DNA of 64,000 nucleotides from a virus, in the IMG/VR virus record IMGVR_UViG_3300031963_014654, positions 6,502 to 70,501 of that record, one strand, 5' to 3'. The notes under the pieces were generated by a model. It saw nothing but the letters and a program-made list of their open reading frames with translations, was not told the DNA's origin and did no database searches. The translations under genes and the position numbers were made by a program. Shown piece by piece: positions 9,055 to 19,866 of the stretch. Positions within the stretch are counted from its first letter, which is position 1; every line of letters begins with the position of its first letter.

Positions 9055-9330
9055 TTACCACAATATTTTTCGTGCCCAATAGTTTGCCGAAAAAATATCG
9101 TTCTTTGTTAGTTTCCCTTTTGCATTGCGGATTCCTGCACTACGTTTTAAGTAGTTTTTTCTACGCGAAGGATCTTTATGCTTGGTGAAATCGGAATAAC
9201 CAACTTGCCCAAAATGTATTACTTTGGTTTTGTTGCCCTTTTTAGCGAGCACAACCATCTTTTTGTCGCTTCGCCATGATCTTACAGGCGAGTTTGGTTC
9301 CAGCTTTGCTATGCGTTGTGATGTTGTCAT
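9055..9330 (-). CDS. Small basic viral protein (DUF5754-like)
   Basis: KKMVV..IHFGQVGYSDFTKHKD..RRKNYLKR..SANYWARKILW pattern. Confidence 0.6.
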   Translation of the reverse strand: MTTSQRIAKLEPNSPVRSWRSDKKMVVLAKKGNKTKVIHFGQVGYSDFTKHKDPSRRKNYLKRSAGIRNAKGKLTKNDIFSANYWARKILW

Positions 9331-9331
9331 G

Positions 9332-12300
9332 CTATTTCATTTTACGTTCATATTCCAAAATATCCTCCATGCTTAACCATTCGGGCTTTTTATTATCTGG
9401 TAACTGATTCCACAATTTTTTCATTTCGGCTATTTGTCCCTCTACATTGCCTGCCCACAAATGCTTTACATGCTTGCTTTTGCCTTCGTTGCCTAAATAA
9501 TAATCATTATCTGCCCTTAGCCTATCAAGCATTCTATAATTGTATTTATAGTCATTTACAGATCCGCCTTGCTCCATTTTATCCAATTCTAAAATACGAA
9601 TACGTTGTGATTGTGCTGCAGCTTTTGCTTTAGCAATTTTCACTTTTCGGGTGCGGTTATCATCCGTTAGTTTTTGTTCCTTTTTAAAGTTTACGGTATC
9701 TGTTAATTTTGCATAATCGCGGTTTTGTGGGATTTTTTCGCCACCATGCTCCATTACTTGTCCTGACATACCATCCACAAGAATCCATCCATTCACCATT
9801 TTTTTAATTTGGTCGAATGCGGTATGGCCTGCATCAAATACTTCCTGCACTACATCCATTGGAACAAAACGCCCTGTACGTTTGTAACGATCAAGAACTC
9901 GCATTTCGCTTACTTCGCGTGGAACATCAATGTAAATAATAAATATTTCGTATCCTACTGATTTTAACTTATCAATAAGCTCGTAGTATTTTTTTGCTTT
10001 ATTCATTGTACCATCGTAAATAGTATCGAATTTACATTTGCCTCCAATATCATCAATTAATTCATCAACAATATCTTTTGTTTCGTGATGTGTTGCCGAA
10101 GCATTCCATCCTTTGTACTCTGGCAATTTTGCTCTAACTTCATCGGCATCAACATGGAAAATGTTTTTGCTCAATAAATATGGTGCATAATTTTTAAGGA
10201 AATGCGATTTTCCCGAACCTGGTGCACCACCTGTAAGTATTGCAATTGGTTTATCTTGCTTAATGCATGTTGCATTTTGCTTGAATGCCTCTCTTATTTT
10301 TGCATGTAGCTTTTTACGTTCGGCTGTATATTCGCCATCCTTATCCACATTTTGTTCTTTTGTTTGTGGTTGAGCATTAATACAAACGGTTAAGTGCTCT
10401 ATTGCTTCTTTGTCAATTCTGCGTTCGCCTTTTTCATCCAATGGAGGGCAAGCCATTGCAATTGGCTCTTGTTTTTTCGATTTTTTAACTTTATCGTCAA
10501 GCAAATAATTTAATCGCTCAAATTCTTTTGCACGGCCAATTGCTCCAACAGATTCAACTTTATTTGCAGCACGCTCTGCAGCAATATAATCGGCTCTTAA
10601 TTTAATGTTTTCTTCGCTTGTTATTTTTGCTTTTGATTCATCCAGCTCTTTAATTCTATCGTTTAAAGAATCTTTGTATAAAGGAAGTTTTTCAATTGTT
10701 AATCCGTTTGGTTTTAAATATTCTTTTTCGGCTTTTAATAAAGTTCTGTTTGCAAGCACCAATTTATCTTGATAATAAGGCTTTCCTGCTGGTGATTTAT
10801 CGGAATAAACAACACCTTCTTTGTTTGAACGGTTGTATGTGTATTCCATTTTTTTACCTTCAGCATCCAATTGTGTTTTAACTACACCGTTTGCCAATCC
10901 AAGCAAAGTAGCAAAACTACGTGTTTCGCCCTCTTTTTTAGGTCGGTATTCATCTACATATTTATCAAAATCATTAAAATATGCTTCGAATGTTTCTTTT
11001 GCCTCAATTATTTTATCGATGTTAGATTGTTCGTTTTTTAATCCACGAATATCATCATCAATTTTTTCTTTGTCCTCAATAAGTTGCAATTCGGCCAATA
11101 CCATTGGATCGGAAATAAGTGCCGATTTGATTTCGGAAGGGTTAAATTCCTGCAAATTAAATGTGTTGCTTTCTCCATTGCTATCCCAAATTTCGGCAAT
11201 ACGTGCTGTTTTTTCGGATAATTTTTGGAAGATAAAAATATCCATACTATCCTCCATTAATGGAGTAGCTATACGAACGCTATTGTATAGGTTTCCTTGC
11301 CTCCAAATACGGCCTTCCAATTGTTTTACATCTGTTGGATTCCAATCCACAAAACAGTTGTATAAAACAGTTGAATGCTTTTGTAGGTTTATTCCTTCTT
11401 TAATTGTACTTGAACCAATTACAATTTTCATGCGTTCGGCATCTGAAATATCGTATAATTCGCCCGATTTTGCATCGTATGCTTCGCCCAAAAATGCCAT
11501 TTTTACTTTTTCCTTTGCATCTTTACCTCCTGGCATTTGTGATTTTATAATTCCAACTTCATGCTCCTTATATCCTACTTCTTTAATTAAGTATTCCTTA
11601 ATTAATCCAAAATATTCAACTCCGCGGTCCATGTAAATTACTTGTCCGGAAACAGGAGTATTGTTTTTTTCGTGGTATTTTTTTACCGAACGAATACACT
11701 CAATTACATATTGTAATTTAGGTGATGTTTCGATATAATCAATATAGTTTGGTTTGCCTAATCCTGCACATTCGTATAAGTATGGGCTTAATGCTAAGTT
11801 ACGAGCATAACTCATTGCACGCAATGTTCTTACGCCTGCTTTTTCATCATCATTTAAGGTAGATTCATCTAACTCAACGCCTGCAGTAGCATCAACCATA
11901 TCTTCATCATCCGAATCATCGGCTGTTTTTTTATCGGATAAATGGCTTGTTCCACAAATAGCTGATAATTCAATTTTAGATTCGGCATAAGCCTTAATAT
12001 CGTCCATTAATGCTCTTTGTTGGGCACTAAGTGGTAATATTGTATCTACGCGTTCTGATTCCGACAATTTAATTAACTCACCATCAATTAATTTTGACTT
12101 GTATGGAAGCACGTATTTGTTTGGGCGTGGTACACGAACCATTTCGCCTGTTTTGTAGTTTACAAATCGGCTAATTAACTGTTGTAACGATTGCAAGTTG
12201 TTAAATCCTAAAACAACTTGTTTTCTTTCTGGACGCAATTTTGCATTAATAACCAACTCGTTTGTTGCATGAACGTATGTATCAAAAAACGATTTTAGGT

Positions 12301-15300
12301 TGTTTAATCCTGATTCGCGTAGTTTACCATAAGCAATAAATGTAAGCACGCTGAAAATTTCTAGCGGACTATTTGTGAATGGCGTAGCTGTTAATGTAAG
12401 TACGTTACGGTTATTGTTGTTTTTAAGGATGTACTGACTAATCATAAATCCTTTTAATGCAATGCTTGATGGTGCTCCACCTGCTTGTATTTGATACGGA
12501 TTTTTTTCGCGATCCTCGCCATTTGATTTCATTTCACCTTTAACGCCAACAAACAACTTTTTCATTTTGTGAGCTTCGTCATAACAAGCAAAATCAAATC
12601 CAAGGTCCTCAATATTGATTAAAGTACCTCTTAATCCTCGTCCAATAAGTGTTTGTAATCGTTCGTAGAACGATGCTTCGCGTTTTTGCCCTGATTTGGA
12701 TGAATAATCAACCGCCTTATCTGGATTTTGATCCAAAATATCATACATTTCGGCAACAATTTGATTTGCTGTGTTTTCGCTAAATCCAATTTGCTCAAAT
12801 CCTTCGTATGTTAATACGGAAATAGAGTTTTCGGGAAGCATTTCAATGTTTCCATCTGCATCTTTTAATTCCGATAAATAATCTTTGCTTAAATTGTAAA
12901 GATCATTAAATTTTACATCTGGGAACAATCCTTTACCTTCTGCCAAAAATTGCTTGTACACTTGGTTTGGCACAACAATAAATGGTCGCTTGCAATAGCC
13001 TGCATCCATAAATTGCTTTATAGCAAATAATGCGCTCCATGTTTTACCAACTCCTACATCGTAGGCAAGGCATCCGCTACCTTCATTCATTAAAAATGTT
13101 ACGGCTTCGCGTTTTTCGGGGCGAATATCTACTACTGAATTGCGGTATTCTTTTGCATGTGCAAATGCTACAGGAATTTTATTGTAATTAACAGGCAAAT
13201 AACCGTTAAAACGCTCATTCCAGGTTGTTTCAATTTTTACAATATCCTCTACATTTAACCATTCAGCTAAGAAAATAGAAAATAATCGATCGCCTTCTTC
13301 TTTTGTAATGTTTAATTTACGTTGCCAAATTGCTTCTGCTTCCTTTTTGTCGACTGGCGTACCATCTTTACCTAATGATGGTCGCTGACCTTGCTGTACG
13401 TAAATTTTAATAATTTCGGCATAGTTTGTATCTTTTTTAATTTGATACTCACCACGGTAATTTACAAGCCAATATTGGAATGCTTCGGTTAATGATAATT
13501 GACTGAACTTTGTTTTTTTCCAATCGCTCATGTGCCCAACATATAAAAAATCGGGCCTACCTGGTTGTTTTCCACCTGCAGGTTGCGATTTCATTTTAAA
13601 TTCTTTACCATCTACCAATGTTTCAATCATAAATGTATTGGCAAACTTACTAATTGGAAGCAATTTTAAACGGTTGTCGAAATTTGCATTGGTAAGTGTT
13701 AATCGCTTATCGTAGCTTATTTTAAACACATTATCCAAAACTAACTTTTGGTTTTCAAAAACTTGATTTCCATACAATTCAATTATGGTTGATTTATCGT
13801 TTTCAAGTGCCGATTTTTTCTCCCAAATGTTCCCTGACAAATATAAATATGCTGGAATTAATGATCCACGGAAATGGAAAACTAAGCCATTGTTAATCCA
13901 ATCTGTTAATGGGCTTGCTCCCATTTGCCATCCGCTTAATTGGTACCATTTATTTGAAAGACGCTCGCCAATTGCTTCCTTATACCAAACAAATACTTGT
14001 AATTCATCTTTTGATATTTCGGGATTGTTTTGGGCAAATACTTGCTCAAATGTAACCATATCGGCATCCAATACAGGATTGCTTGCAACAATTCGTGTAA
14101 CGGCTTTTGTATGTTTTTTAATTTCGCGAATAATTGTTTCTTTGCGTGTCCCTTCCAACGAAGTTTCAATATTTTGCTGTGCTTGTGGATCCTGTAAAAG
14201 TTGGTTTACAGTTTCGTTTTCAGTTGATATTGTTGGATTTTCGGATGCATTAATTTGCATAAAATTTAATGGAGCATCAATACGATTAACGCTATCAATT
14301 TTACCACGGTATTTTGTAACTTCGCCAAAACGCCCACTTGTTTTGTATGGCTCGCCAAGTACTTTATCTGGATTTTGAGCAAACCAATTATCGTTTACAA
14401 GTAAGTTTAATGTATTGGGCTGCTTTGCTTCGCCTGCAGCAACTAATTCCATTGGAGTGTTAAAAAAGTCCTCAATAGGATCGGTTGTAGTATCTGAAAT
14501 TAAAATAAATTTACCATCACCGTATTGATAATATTGTTCCGGAGTAGAAATTCCTTTATAAACTTCAACTTGCTTTCCAAGCATGTTTGAATACCATGCT
14601 TTTGGATTAGCTTCTTTTATCCAAACTTTAAATTTCTCAATTGGCACCCATTTTTCTACTTCTGGCTCTAGTGCTTTTGGCAACTCTGCTGCATTCTCTG
14701 CAAATTCAAAACTATCGGATGTGTTTTTACCATACTTTTTGGCACGTGCATCAAATAAAACAGAATCGGGATGTTCTGCAATATAATCATCTACAATTTT
14801 ATCAAAATCGGTTTGCCAACGATCATCAAACGAAGTATAGATTGATTGTTCTACTCCTGGTGCAATTGGCTTCATTGAAGATTGTGGAACAGGTGTATTG
14901 TATCCTTTAAGCACCAAAATATATGGGCTGTATGTTAATGTGGTGCCACGTGGCGAACGCTTTCCTTTTGGAATAAATGTTACGCTTAATGCTTTTTCGT
15001 ATTGAGCATATTTTTTTGCTTTGATTTTTATATCAGTAACATCTATTTTGTTTATATTTCCCATAAACTCGCTTGCCAAATACATTGTAGCTGGACCGGT
15101 ATATGAAAATTCCATTGGAAGTATTGGTGCGGTTGGTTTTGTTTCTGGCGTTTCTTTTTTTAATATCATGCCATCAATCGGGTTTATTTCCATCCAAACA
15201 TCCGATACTGAATTAGCGGTTTCTTCGTTTATAACGCTTATTATTAAATCTACTCCACCATCCGTTCTATCTATTATAGATTCTTTTATGCCCATATCGG

Positions 15301-17710
15301 CAATATCTCTAAATAGTTCAATCTTATTTTTAGGGAAAACAAATTTTCTATAATAACGATTATCTCCATCCCATTTTTGCCAAAGATCAAGTTCGTGTAA
15401 GTTATCTATAAAATCCGATTTTTGTTTTTTTGGTGCTTCTGTCATGTTTTTATCTGCTTCTTTTGTTTCAACAATAGTTGGTTGTTCTTCCAAGTATTGC
15501 CAAATTTGGTGATTATTGGTAAATGCAGGCTTTGTTAATTGTTCGGCTTGTATTCTTTTTAAGTCCAATAAAACTTTTTGTATAACAGGATTATTCAATG
15601 AATACGCCTCTTTTTTTATTTTGTTTAAAAAACTTGACTTAAATAAATTTATATCCCATCCTTCGGTTGTTCCTTTTTCGTTTTTGCTTTTTTGCAAAGA
15701 AAGAATGAACATAAAATCCTTTTTTAATTTTTTATATAATTCGCTTCCTTCTATATTCGACAATAGTTCGGATTGCTTTTGCTCTTTTTCGGCATTTCTT
15801 TTTTCCATAACCGCACTATTCATAATCGACAATTTTGCAGCAATTGCTTTTTCTAATGCTTTTTCATCATCGCTTTTAGGTGATTCAATATCCATGTTTG
15901 AATATTTTTTCTTTTTTAAAGCAATTAAATCATCCAATGGCATGTTATCATAATCCATTTTTTGTTCGGGCTGCTTTAATCCAAATTCCGCCAAATATGT
16001 TTCGGATATTTTGCCAGGAAATCTATCAGCATAAATCAAAAATAGCCTAATTACCTCTTTTCTTTTTTCTGTGTTTGTGCCCGATATATTATTTGCTATC
16101 TGGTTTAAAACATGCCTTTCTCTAAATATATCCCCTTTCCAATTATCGTGTGGATCAATTTTATCCAATATTGCTTGGTCGAAATCCTGGCTTGTGTTTG
16201 GTTCAATTGTAATTGTGCTATTAGCATTTTTGTTAATCAATGCAAGGTCCTGTGTATCTATTTTACTTGTAATATAGGTATCGTACATTTCTTGGAACGA
16301 TGGTTTATCACCAAAAAGGCTTTCGTTTTGGTTATCAATTGCGCTTTGGTTATATGCATCAATTGAACTTTTGAATTTATTTCTACCTGCAGCAAGCAAT
16401 CGGTTCATAATTAGCACGTTTTTTTCGGGTGCTTCATCAAACATGTTGCCTTGTACAATGTAATCTTTAAAATCAAGTCCACTATCGTGTATCTTTTTTT
16501 CCAATAAGAATGCTTTGTTCAACAAATCAATTAATGAATTTTCGGCCAATGAAGCATTTTTTGCTAATACCGGTAAACTTGTAATTACAATTGTTTTAAA
16601 TTGCCTTCCGCCTGCCATGCTACCTGCAATTAATGCATCTTTTGACAAAATCATTCCTGCAAGCAAATTTTCAATTAAATCTTTTCCATTTTCGGTAAAT
16701 CCACGTTCATCAAAATATGCTGCAAGCTCATTTTTTGTAATTATATTACATGAAATAAGCATATCGCGTAGTTTTACCTGGTCGGAATAACTTGCATAAA
16801 ATTGGGAGAATGTTTCGTATTCACCAACAAGCTCTGCAATCATATTTTTGCAGCCCTCGTTTTCATTCAGCATTTTACCAATTTTAATTGCTTTGTCAAT
16901 TGGGCGTTCGCTTTTTTTGGTTTCCTTGTTATACTTACTCAATTCGGTTGTATTGTACTCTTGGAAATCGTAATCTATACGAACTAAAATTGGATGGTCG
17001 AATGTTTTTGTTTCGCTATTTATTCCTGTAAAAGTGTATTTATATTCATAACTTTTACTTCCTGCAGAAACATCTACCTTTTTAATTCCAAATGCAAAAA
17101 CTTCTTCCACTAAAAAATTGCAATAATCTCTATATTCCTTTGGGAAATCGGTAATTGCTCTTTTTATGCTCATTGTACGGTTATTTCCAGATACAACAAT
17201 TCCATCTTTTGTAATTATTGGTGTTCCTGATGGTGTGCGGCTTGTGCTCACCAAAATATTTGGATCAAGGTTTTGTGCTACTTCAATAACTTTTGCTTGT
17301 GCATTTTTATCATCGGCATAGTTGCGATCGTTTATGTTTTCGCCATTTATTGTTGGATAGCCAATGGTAGTTACAAACGAATGTTCGTTATGGGATGCAA
17401 GAATATTATCGGCATTTACAATTGCAAATTGTGCTTGCCTTTTTTCGCCATTTGGCATTGATATTTCTATTTTGCGTCCGTAAACAATTGGCGTTTCCAA
17501 AAACAATGATCGGTATCCAATATTTACCGAATCGGTAATTTTGCCACCTTCCTTAAATGTGTGTTGGATATGCACTTGTTTGTGCCCTTGGTTGATTAAT
17601 GCTTGCTTTGTATGCAATGCAATTTCCTTGTCATGTGTTTTGTCAAATGATTTAAGTTCGTTGCTGGACTTATCCACATACATTATTTCATAAATTTCGG
17701 GATATTCCAT
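9332..17710 (-). CDS. Large polyvalent protein: DdrB-like ParB domain, SNF2/DarB-type helicase, zeta-toxin-like P-loop kinase, LPD11-like C-terminus
   Basis: ASH..NDR..GTP..VVSGNNR (ParB-like); YDVGVGKT, DEAH, TATP, EGINLQ, QLEGRIWRQGN (SF2); GGAPGSGKS/DADE/YDGT (zeta-like); YRMLDRLRADNDYYLG..HLWAGNVEGQI..KPEWLSMEDI (LPD11-like). Confidence 0.85.
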   Translation of the reverse strand: MEYPEIYEIMYVDKSSNELKSFDKTHDKEIALHTKQALINQGHKQVHIQHTFKEGGKITDSVNIGYRSLFLETPIVYGRKIEISMPNGEKRQAQFAIVNADNILASHNEHSFVTTIGYPTINGENINDRNYADDKNAQAKVIEVAQNLDPNILVSTSRTPSGTPIITKDGIVVSGNNRTMSIKRAITDFPKEYRDYCNFLVEEVFAFGIKKVDVSAGSKSYEYKYTFTGINSETKTFDHPILVRIDYDFQEYNTTELSKYNKETKKSERPIDKAIKIGKMLNENEGCKNMIAELVGEYETFSQFYASYSDQVKLRDMLISCNIITKNELAAYFDERGFTENGKDLIENLLAGMILSKDALIAGSMAGGRQFKTIVITSLPVLAKNASLAENSLIDLLNKAFLLEKKIHDSGLDFKDYIVQGNMFDEAPEKNVLIMNRLLAAGRNKFKSSIDAYNQSAIDNQNESLFGDKPSFQEMYDTYITSKIDTQDLALINKNANSTITIEPNTSQDFDQAILDKIDPHDNWKGDIFRERHVLNQIANNISGTNTEKRKEVIRLFLIYADRFPGKISETYLAEFGLKQPEQKMDYDNMPLDDLIALKKKKYSNMDIESPKSDDEKALEKAIAAKLSIMNSAVMEKRNAEKEQKQSELLSNIEGSELYKKLKKDFMFILSLQKSKNEKGTTEGWDINLFKSSFLNKIKKEAYSLNNPVIQKVLLDLKRIQAEQLTKPAFTNNHQIWQYLEEQPTIVETKEADKNMTEAPKKQKSDFIDNLHELDLWQKWDGDNRYYRKFVFPKNKIELFRDIADMGIKESIIDRTDGGVDLIISVINEETANSVSDVWMEINPIDGMILKKETPETKPTAPILPMEFSYTGPATMYLASEFMGNINKIDVTDIKIKAKKYAQYEKALSVTFIPKGKRSPRGTTLTYSPYILVLKGYNTPVPQSSMKPIAPGVEQSIYTSFDDRWQTDFDKIVDDYIAEHPDSVLFDARAKKYGKNTSDSFEFAENAAELPKALEPEVEKWVPIEKFKVWIKEANPKAWYSNMLGKQVEVYKGISTPEQYYQYGDGKFILISDTTTDPIEDFFNTPMELVAAGEAKQPNTLNLLVNDNWFAQNPDKVLGEPYKTSGRFGEVTKYRGKIDSVNRIDAPLNFMQINASENPTISTENETVNQLLQDPQAQQNIETSLEGTRKETIIREIKKHTKAVTRIVASNPVLDADMVTFEQVFAQNNPEISKDELQVFVWYKEAIGERLSNKWYQLSGWQMGASPLTDWINNGLVFHFRGSLIPAYLYLSGNIWEKKSALENDKSTIIELYGNQVFENQKLVLDNVFKISYDKRLTLTNANFDNRLKLLPISKFANTFMIETLVDGKEFKMKSQPAGGKQPGRPDFLYVGHMSDWKKTKFSQLSLTEAFQYWLVNYRGEYQIKKDTNYAEIIKIYVQQGQRPSLGKDGTPVDKKEAEAIWQRKLNITKEEGDRLFSIFLAEWLNVEDIVKIETTWNERFNGYLPVNYNKIPVAFAHAKEYRNSVVDIRPEKREAVTFLMNEGSGCLAYDVGVGKTWSALFAIKQFMDAGYCKRPFIVVPNQVYKQFLAEGKGLFPDVKFNDLYNLSKDYLSELKDADGNIEMLPENSISVLTYEGFEQIGFSENTANQIVAEMYDILDQNPDKAVDYSSKSGQKREASFYERLQTLIGRGLRGTLINIEDLGFDFACYDEAHKMKKLFVGVKGEMKSNGEDREKNPYQIQAGGAPSSIALKGFMISQYILKNNNNRNVLTLTATPFTNSPLEIFSVLTFIAYGKLRESGLNNLKSFFDTYVHATNELVINAKLRPERKQVVLGFNNLQSLQQLISRFVNYKTGEMVRVPRPNKYVLPYKSKLIDGELIKLSESERVDTILPLSAQQRALMDDIKAYAESKIELSAICGTSHLSDKKTADDSDDEDMVDATAGVELDESTLNDDEKAGVRTLRAMSYARNLALSPYLYECAGLGKPNYIDYIETSPKLQYVIECIRSVKKYHEKNNTPVSGQVIYMDRGVEYFGLIKEYLIKEVGYKEHEVGIIKSQMPGGKDAKEKVKMAFLGEAYDAKSGELYDISDAERMKIVIGSSTIKEGINLQKHSTVLYNCFVDWNPTDVKQLEGRIWRQGNLYNSVRIATPLMEDSMDIFIFQKLSEKTARIAEIWDSNGESNTFNLQEFNPSEIKSALISDPMVLAELQLIEDKEKIDDDIRGLKNEQSNIDKIIEAKETFEAYFNDFDKYVDEYRPKKEGETRSFATLLGLANGVVKTQLDAEGKKMEYTYNRSNKEGVVYSDKSPAGKPYYQDKLVLANRTLLKAEKEYLKPNGLTIEKLPLYKDSLNDRIKELDESKAKITSEENIKLRADYIAAERAANKVESVGAIGRAKEFERLNYLLDDKVKKSKKQEPIAMACPPLDEKGERRIDKEAIEHLTVCINAQPQTKEQNVDKDGEYTAERKKLHAKIREAFKQNATCIKQDKPIAILTGGAPGSGKSHFLKNYAPYLLSKNIFHVDADEVRAKLPEYKGWNASATHHETKDIVDELIDDIGGKCKFDTIYDGTMNKAKKYYELIDKLKSVGYEIFIIYIDVPREVSEMRVLDRYKRTGRFVPMDVVQEVFDAGHTAFDQIKKMVNGWILVDGMSGQVMEHGGEKIPQNRDYAKLTDTVNFKKEQKLTDDNRTRKVKIAKAKAAAQSQRIRILELDKMEQGGSVNDYKYNYRMLDRLRADNDYYLGNEGKSKHVKHLWAGNVEGQIAEMKKLWNQLPDNKKPEWLSMEDILEYERKMK

Positions 17711-17711
17711 A

Positions 17712-17933
17712 TTAATCGTTAATCATGTTTGGGTTATACTCTCTTTCAATTTCGTTTATTGCTTGCCCTACTGTTATTCCGCGTTCTAAAATTCGCTTTA
17801 ATACTTTTTCTTCTAATTCAGATTTTCCTTCTTTAGAATCCTTCATTTCACAAATTGTAGGAGTAAGTATTTTGTCGCATGATTCCAAATGTGAATGGAT
17901 CAATTGCTTTAGTTCTTTTAATTTTTCGCTCAT
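17712..17933 (-). CDS. Hypothetical protein within the DarB-like locus
   Basis: 73 aa, coupled to both neighbours. Confidence 0.65.
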   Translation of the reverse strand: MSEKLKELKQLIHSHLESCDKILTPTICEMKDSKEGKSELEEKVLKRILERGITVGQAINEIEREYNPNMIND

Positions 17934-17936
17934 GGC

Positions 17937-19799
17937 TTATTTTCTTTTAAATACAAGAATATCACTTAATACATCGGTACGGTCAAAAACTCCATTTGGT
18001 AATCGGTAAGCATCTACTAAATCGGCTTTATCGGCAATCATTTGCTTAATTTTGCTGTTCCCTTGCTGTAAAAATGGTGTGCCTCCATTTGCAACTTCGG
18101 TTCCAATAATGTAAATTAATAATCCGTTTGGCAAAGTTAAGTCTAATCCGCGTAAAATAAAATATTCTATCCAATTTTTTGCGTTTGTATATTGTTTTTC
18201 GCCCATTCCCATTCCTAATCCAGAAACATCGCCATAAGGAGGATTTCCAATTACAAGGTCGAATTTTTGAATATCCGACAACTTATTTTTAACGGTATCG
18301 CGGTTTTTAATAAAAATATTTTCGAATGGCTGCAAATAAAAGTTGAATTGAGGATACAATATTTTACAAATAGTATAGCTGTATTTGTTTATTTCATAAC
18401 CTGTAGCCATGCTTTGAGTTGGAACATATTTTAAAAATTCGCCTGTTCCTACGCTTGGCTCCAAAACAGATTGCCCATCTTTAAATCCAAACTTATAAGC
18501 CAATGCCCACATTTTGCGAATAATTGCATCTGGTGTATAAAATTCTGTTAATGCTTTTTTAGCTTCTTCTATTGAGCCAAATTCTTCTACATCAATACCA
18601 CCGTAACCGGAGTATTCGCGCAAAAATTGTTTTTCTGAAAACAGGTAATTGTTTGGATCATCACCTTTTTGGTCAATTAATTGCTCAATTTCTTTGTTTT
18701 TTTGATAATCGCTTTTTTGTGGTTCGGATTTAACTGAACCATATTTACCATCCTGCGATTTATCGTTTTTAGGAAATTTCATGCGTTTGTTGATTGATCC
18801 ACCGCGAGCCATATAATTATTCCCATTTATTGCAAGTCCTTTATATCCACCGTTAAAAATTGTATCTATTTTGGAGTTGATTCCAAAATTGTCTTTTAAG
18901 TATTTTTCTATTTCATAGTATCCTGTTCCAGATTTTGTAAATACGAATAGCCTTCCTGTCGGGCTGGAATATTGTTTTTCTTCATCAATTCTATATATTT
19001 TATCTTTAAATTGGCTATAAAGCTCTGCTTTTATTTCATCAAAATAATCATATAAAATTGAGCCTTTTTCAATAACATGCCCACCAATTAAACCACCACG
19101 TGCCATTTCATCAAATTCCAAATCAACATTGTTAAGTTTAATTTCGCCACCATGCTCCATTTTATCGGTTTGTTCGCCTGCACAACCGCAATCTAATGGT
19201 TTTCCATTACCATCGCGTTGGTTAATTTCAGATAATTCATGGCAATATTCTTTGCTATTTTCGGCATTAATTACCACTTCACCACCTTCGGCTTCGGCTA
19301 CCGGTTTATTATTTACAACAATTTCGATTCCGCCATTATCGTGGCTTGGACCTTTTAATACGGTTCCATCTTTTAACTCCTGGATTGGTCCACCTTGCTT
19401 TAACACACCCATTTCTAATTTACGGTAATAATCGGGTGTTTCTTGAATATGATCGGCTGCAATGTATTTTGCTGCTTTGGTTGTGGATGGTAATTCGGTT
19501 TGTATTTTTTTGATTGTGGCTTTATGCTCCAATTCGGTTTGGCCACCTTCATTTATTTTTTTGATTAAATAATCGATGTATTTTTTTTCGGCTTTTGATA
19601 CAAATGTAAATCGATGCCCAGAATGATCGTAAATAACGTATGGCTTTTGTTTATACGAATCCAATTGCTTTACATCAATAAGTTTTTTAACGAGAATAAC
19701 ATCATCAATCATTTCTTTTTTGGTGATTAATTTTTCTTCGTAAATAACCTTGTTACGCAATGCTGCAGGAAGTGAATTAGCTTTTTTGTAGTCAATCAT
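17937..19799 (-). CDS. DarB-like N6-adenine DNA methyltransferase with N-terminal accessory domains
   Basis: YSGYGG, EFYTP, LEPSVGTG, GNPPY; N-terminal ELEH..IAADHI.E.PDYY (DUF5661-like) and GPSHDNGGI..EAEGGE. Confidence 0.85.
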   Translation of the reverse strand: MIDYKKANSLPAALRNKVIYEEKLITKKEMIDDVILVKKLIDVKQLDSYKQKPYVIYDHSGHRFTFVSKAEKKYIDYLIKKINEGGQTELEHKATIKKIQTELPSTTKAAKYIAADHIQETPDYYRKLEMGVLKQGGPIQELKDGTVLKGPSHDNGGIEIVVNNKPVAEAEGGEVVINAENSKEYCHELSEINQRDGNGKPLDCGCAGEQTDKMEHGGEIKLNNVDLEFDEMARGGLIGGHVIEKGSILYDYFDEIKAELYSQFKDKIYRIDEEKQYSSPTGRLFVFTKSGTGYYEIEKYLKDNFGINSKIDTIFNGGYKGLAINGNNYMARGGSINKRMKFPKNDKSQDGKYGSVKSEPQKSDYQKNKEIEQLIDQKGDDPNNYLFSEKQFLREYSGYGGIDVEEFGSIEEAKKALTEFYTPDAIIRKMWALAYKFGFKDGQSVLEPSVGTGEFLKYVPTQSMATGYEINKYSYTICKILYPQFNFYLQPFENIFIKNRDTVKNKLSDIQKFDLVIGNPPYGDVSGLGMGMGEKQYTNAKNWIEYFILRGLDLTLPNGLLIYIIGTEVANGGTPFLQQGNSKIKQMIADKADLVDAYRLPNGVFDRTDVLSDILVFKRK

Positions 19800-19816
19800 G
19801 GTGTTTGTGAAATAGC

Positions 19817-19855
19817 AAAAAAAAGGGAAACAATATTTTGTGTTTCCCTTTTTTT
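19817..19855. terminator. Bidirectional intrinsic terminator
   Basis: A8-gggaaaca/tgtttccc-T7. Confidence 0.85.
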
Positions 19856-19866
19856 AAAATTTTATT

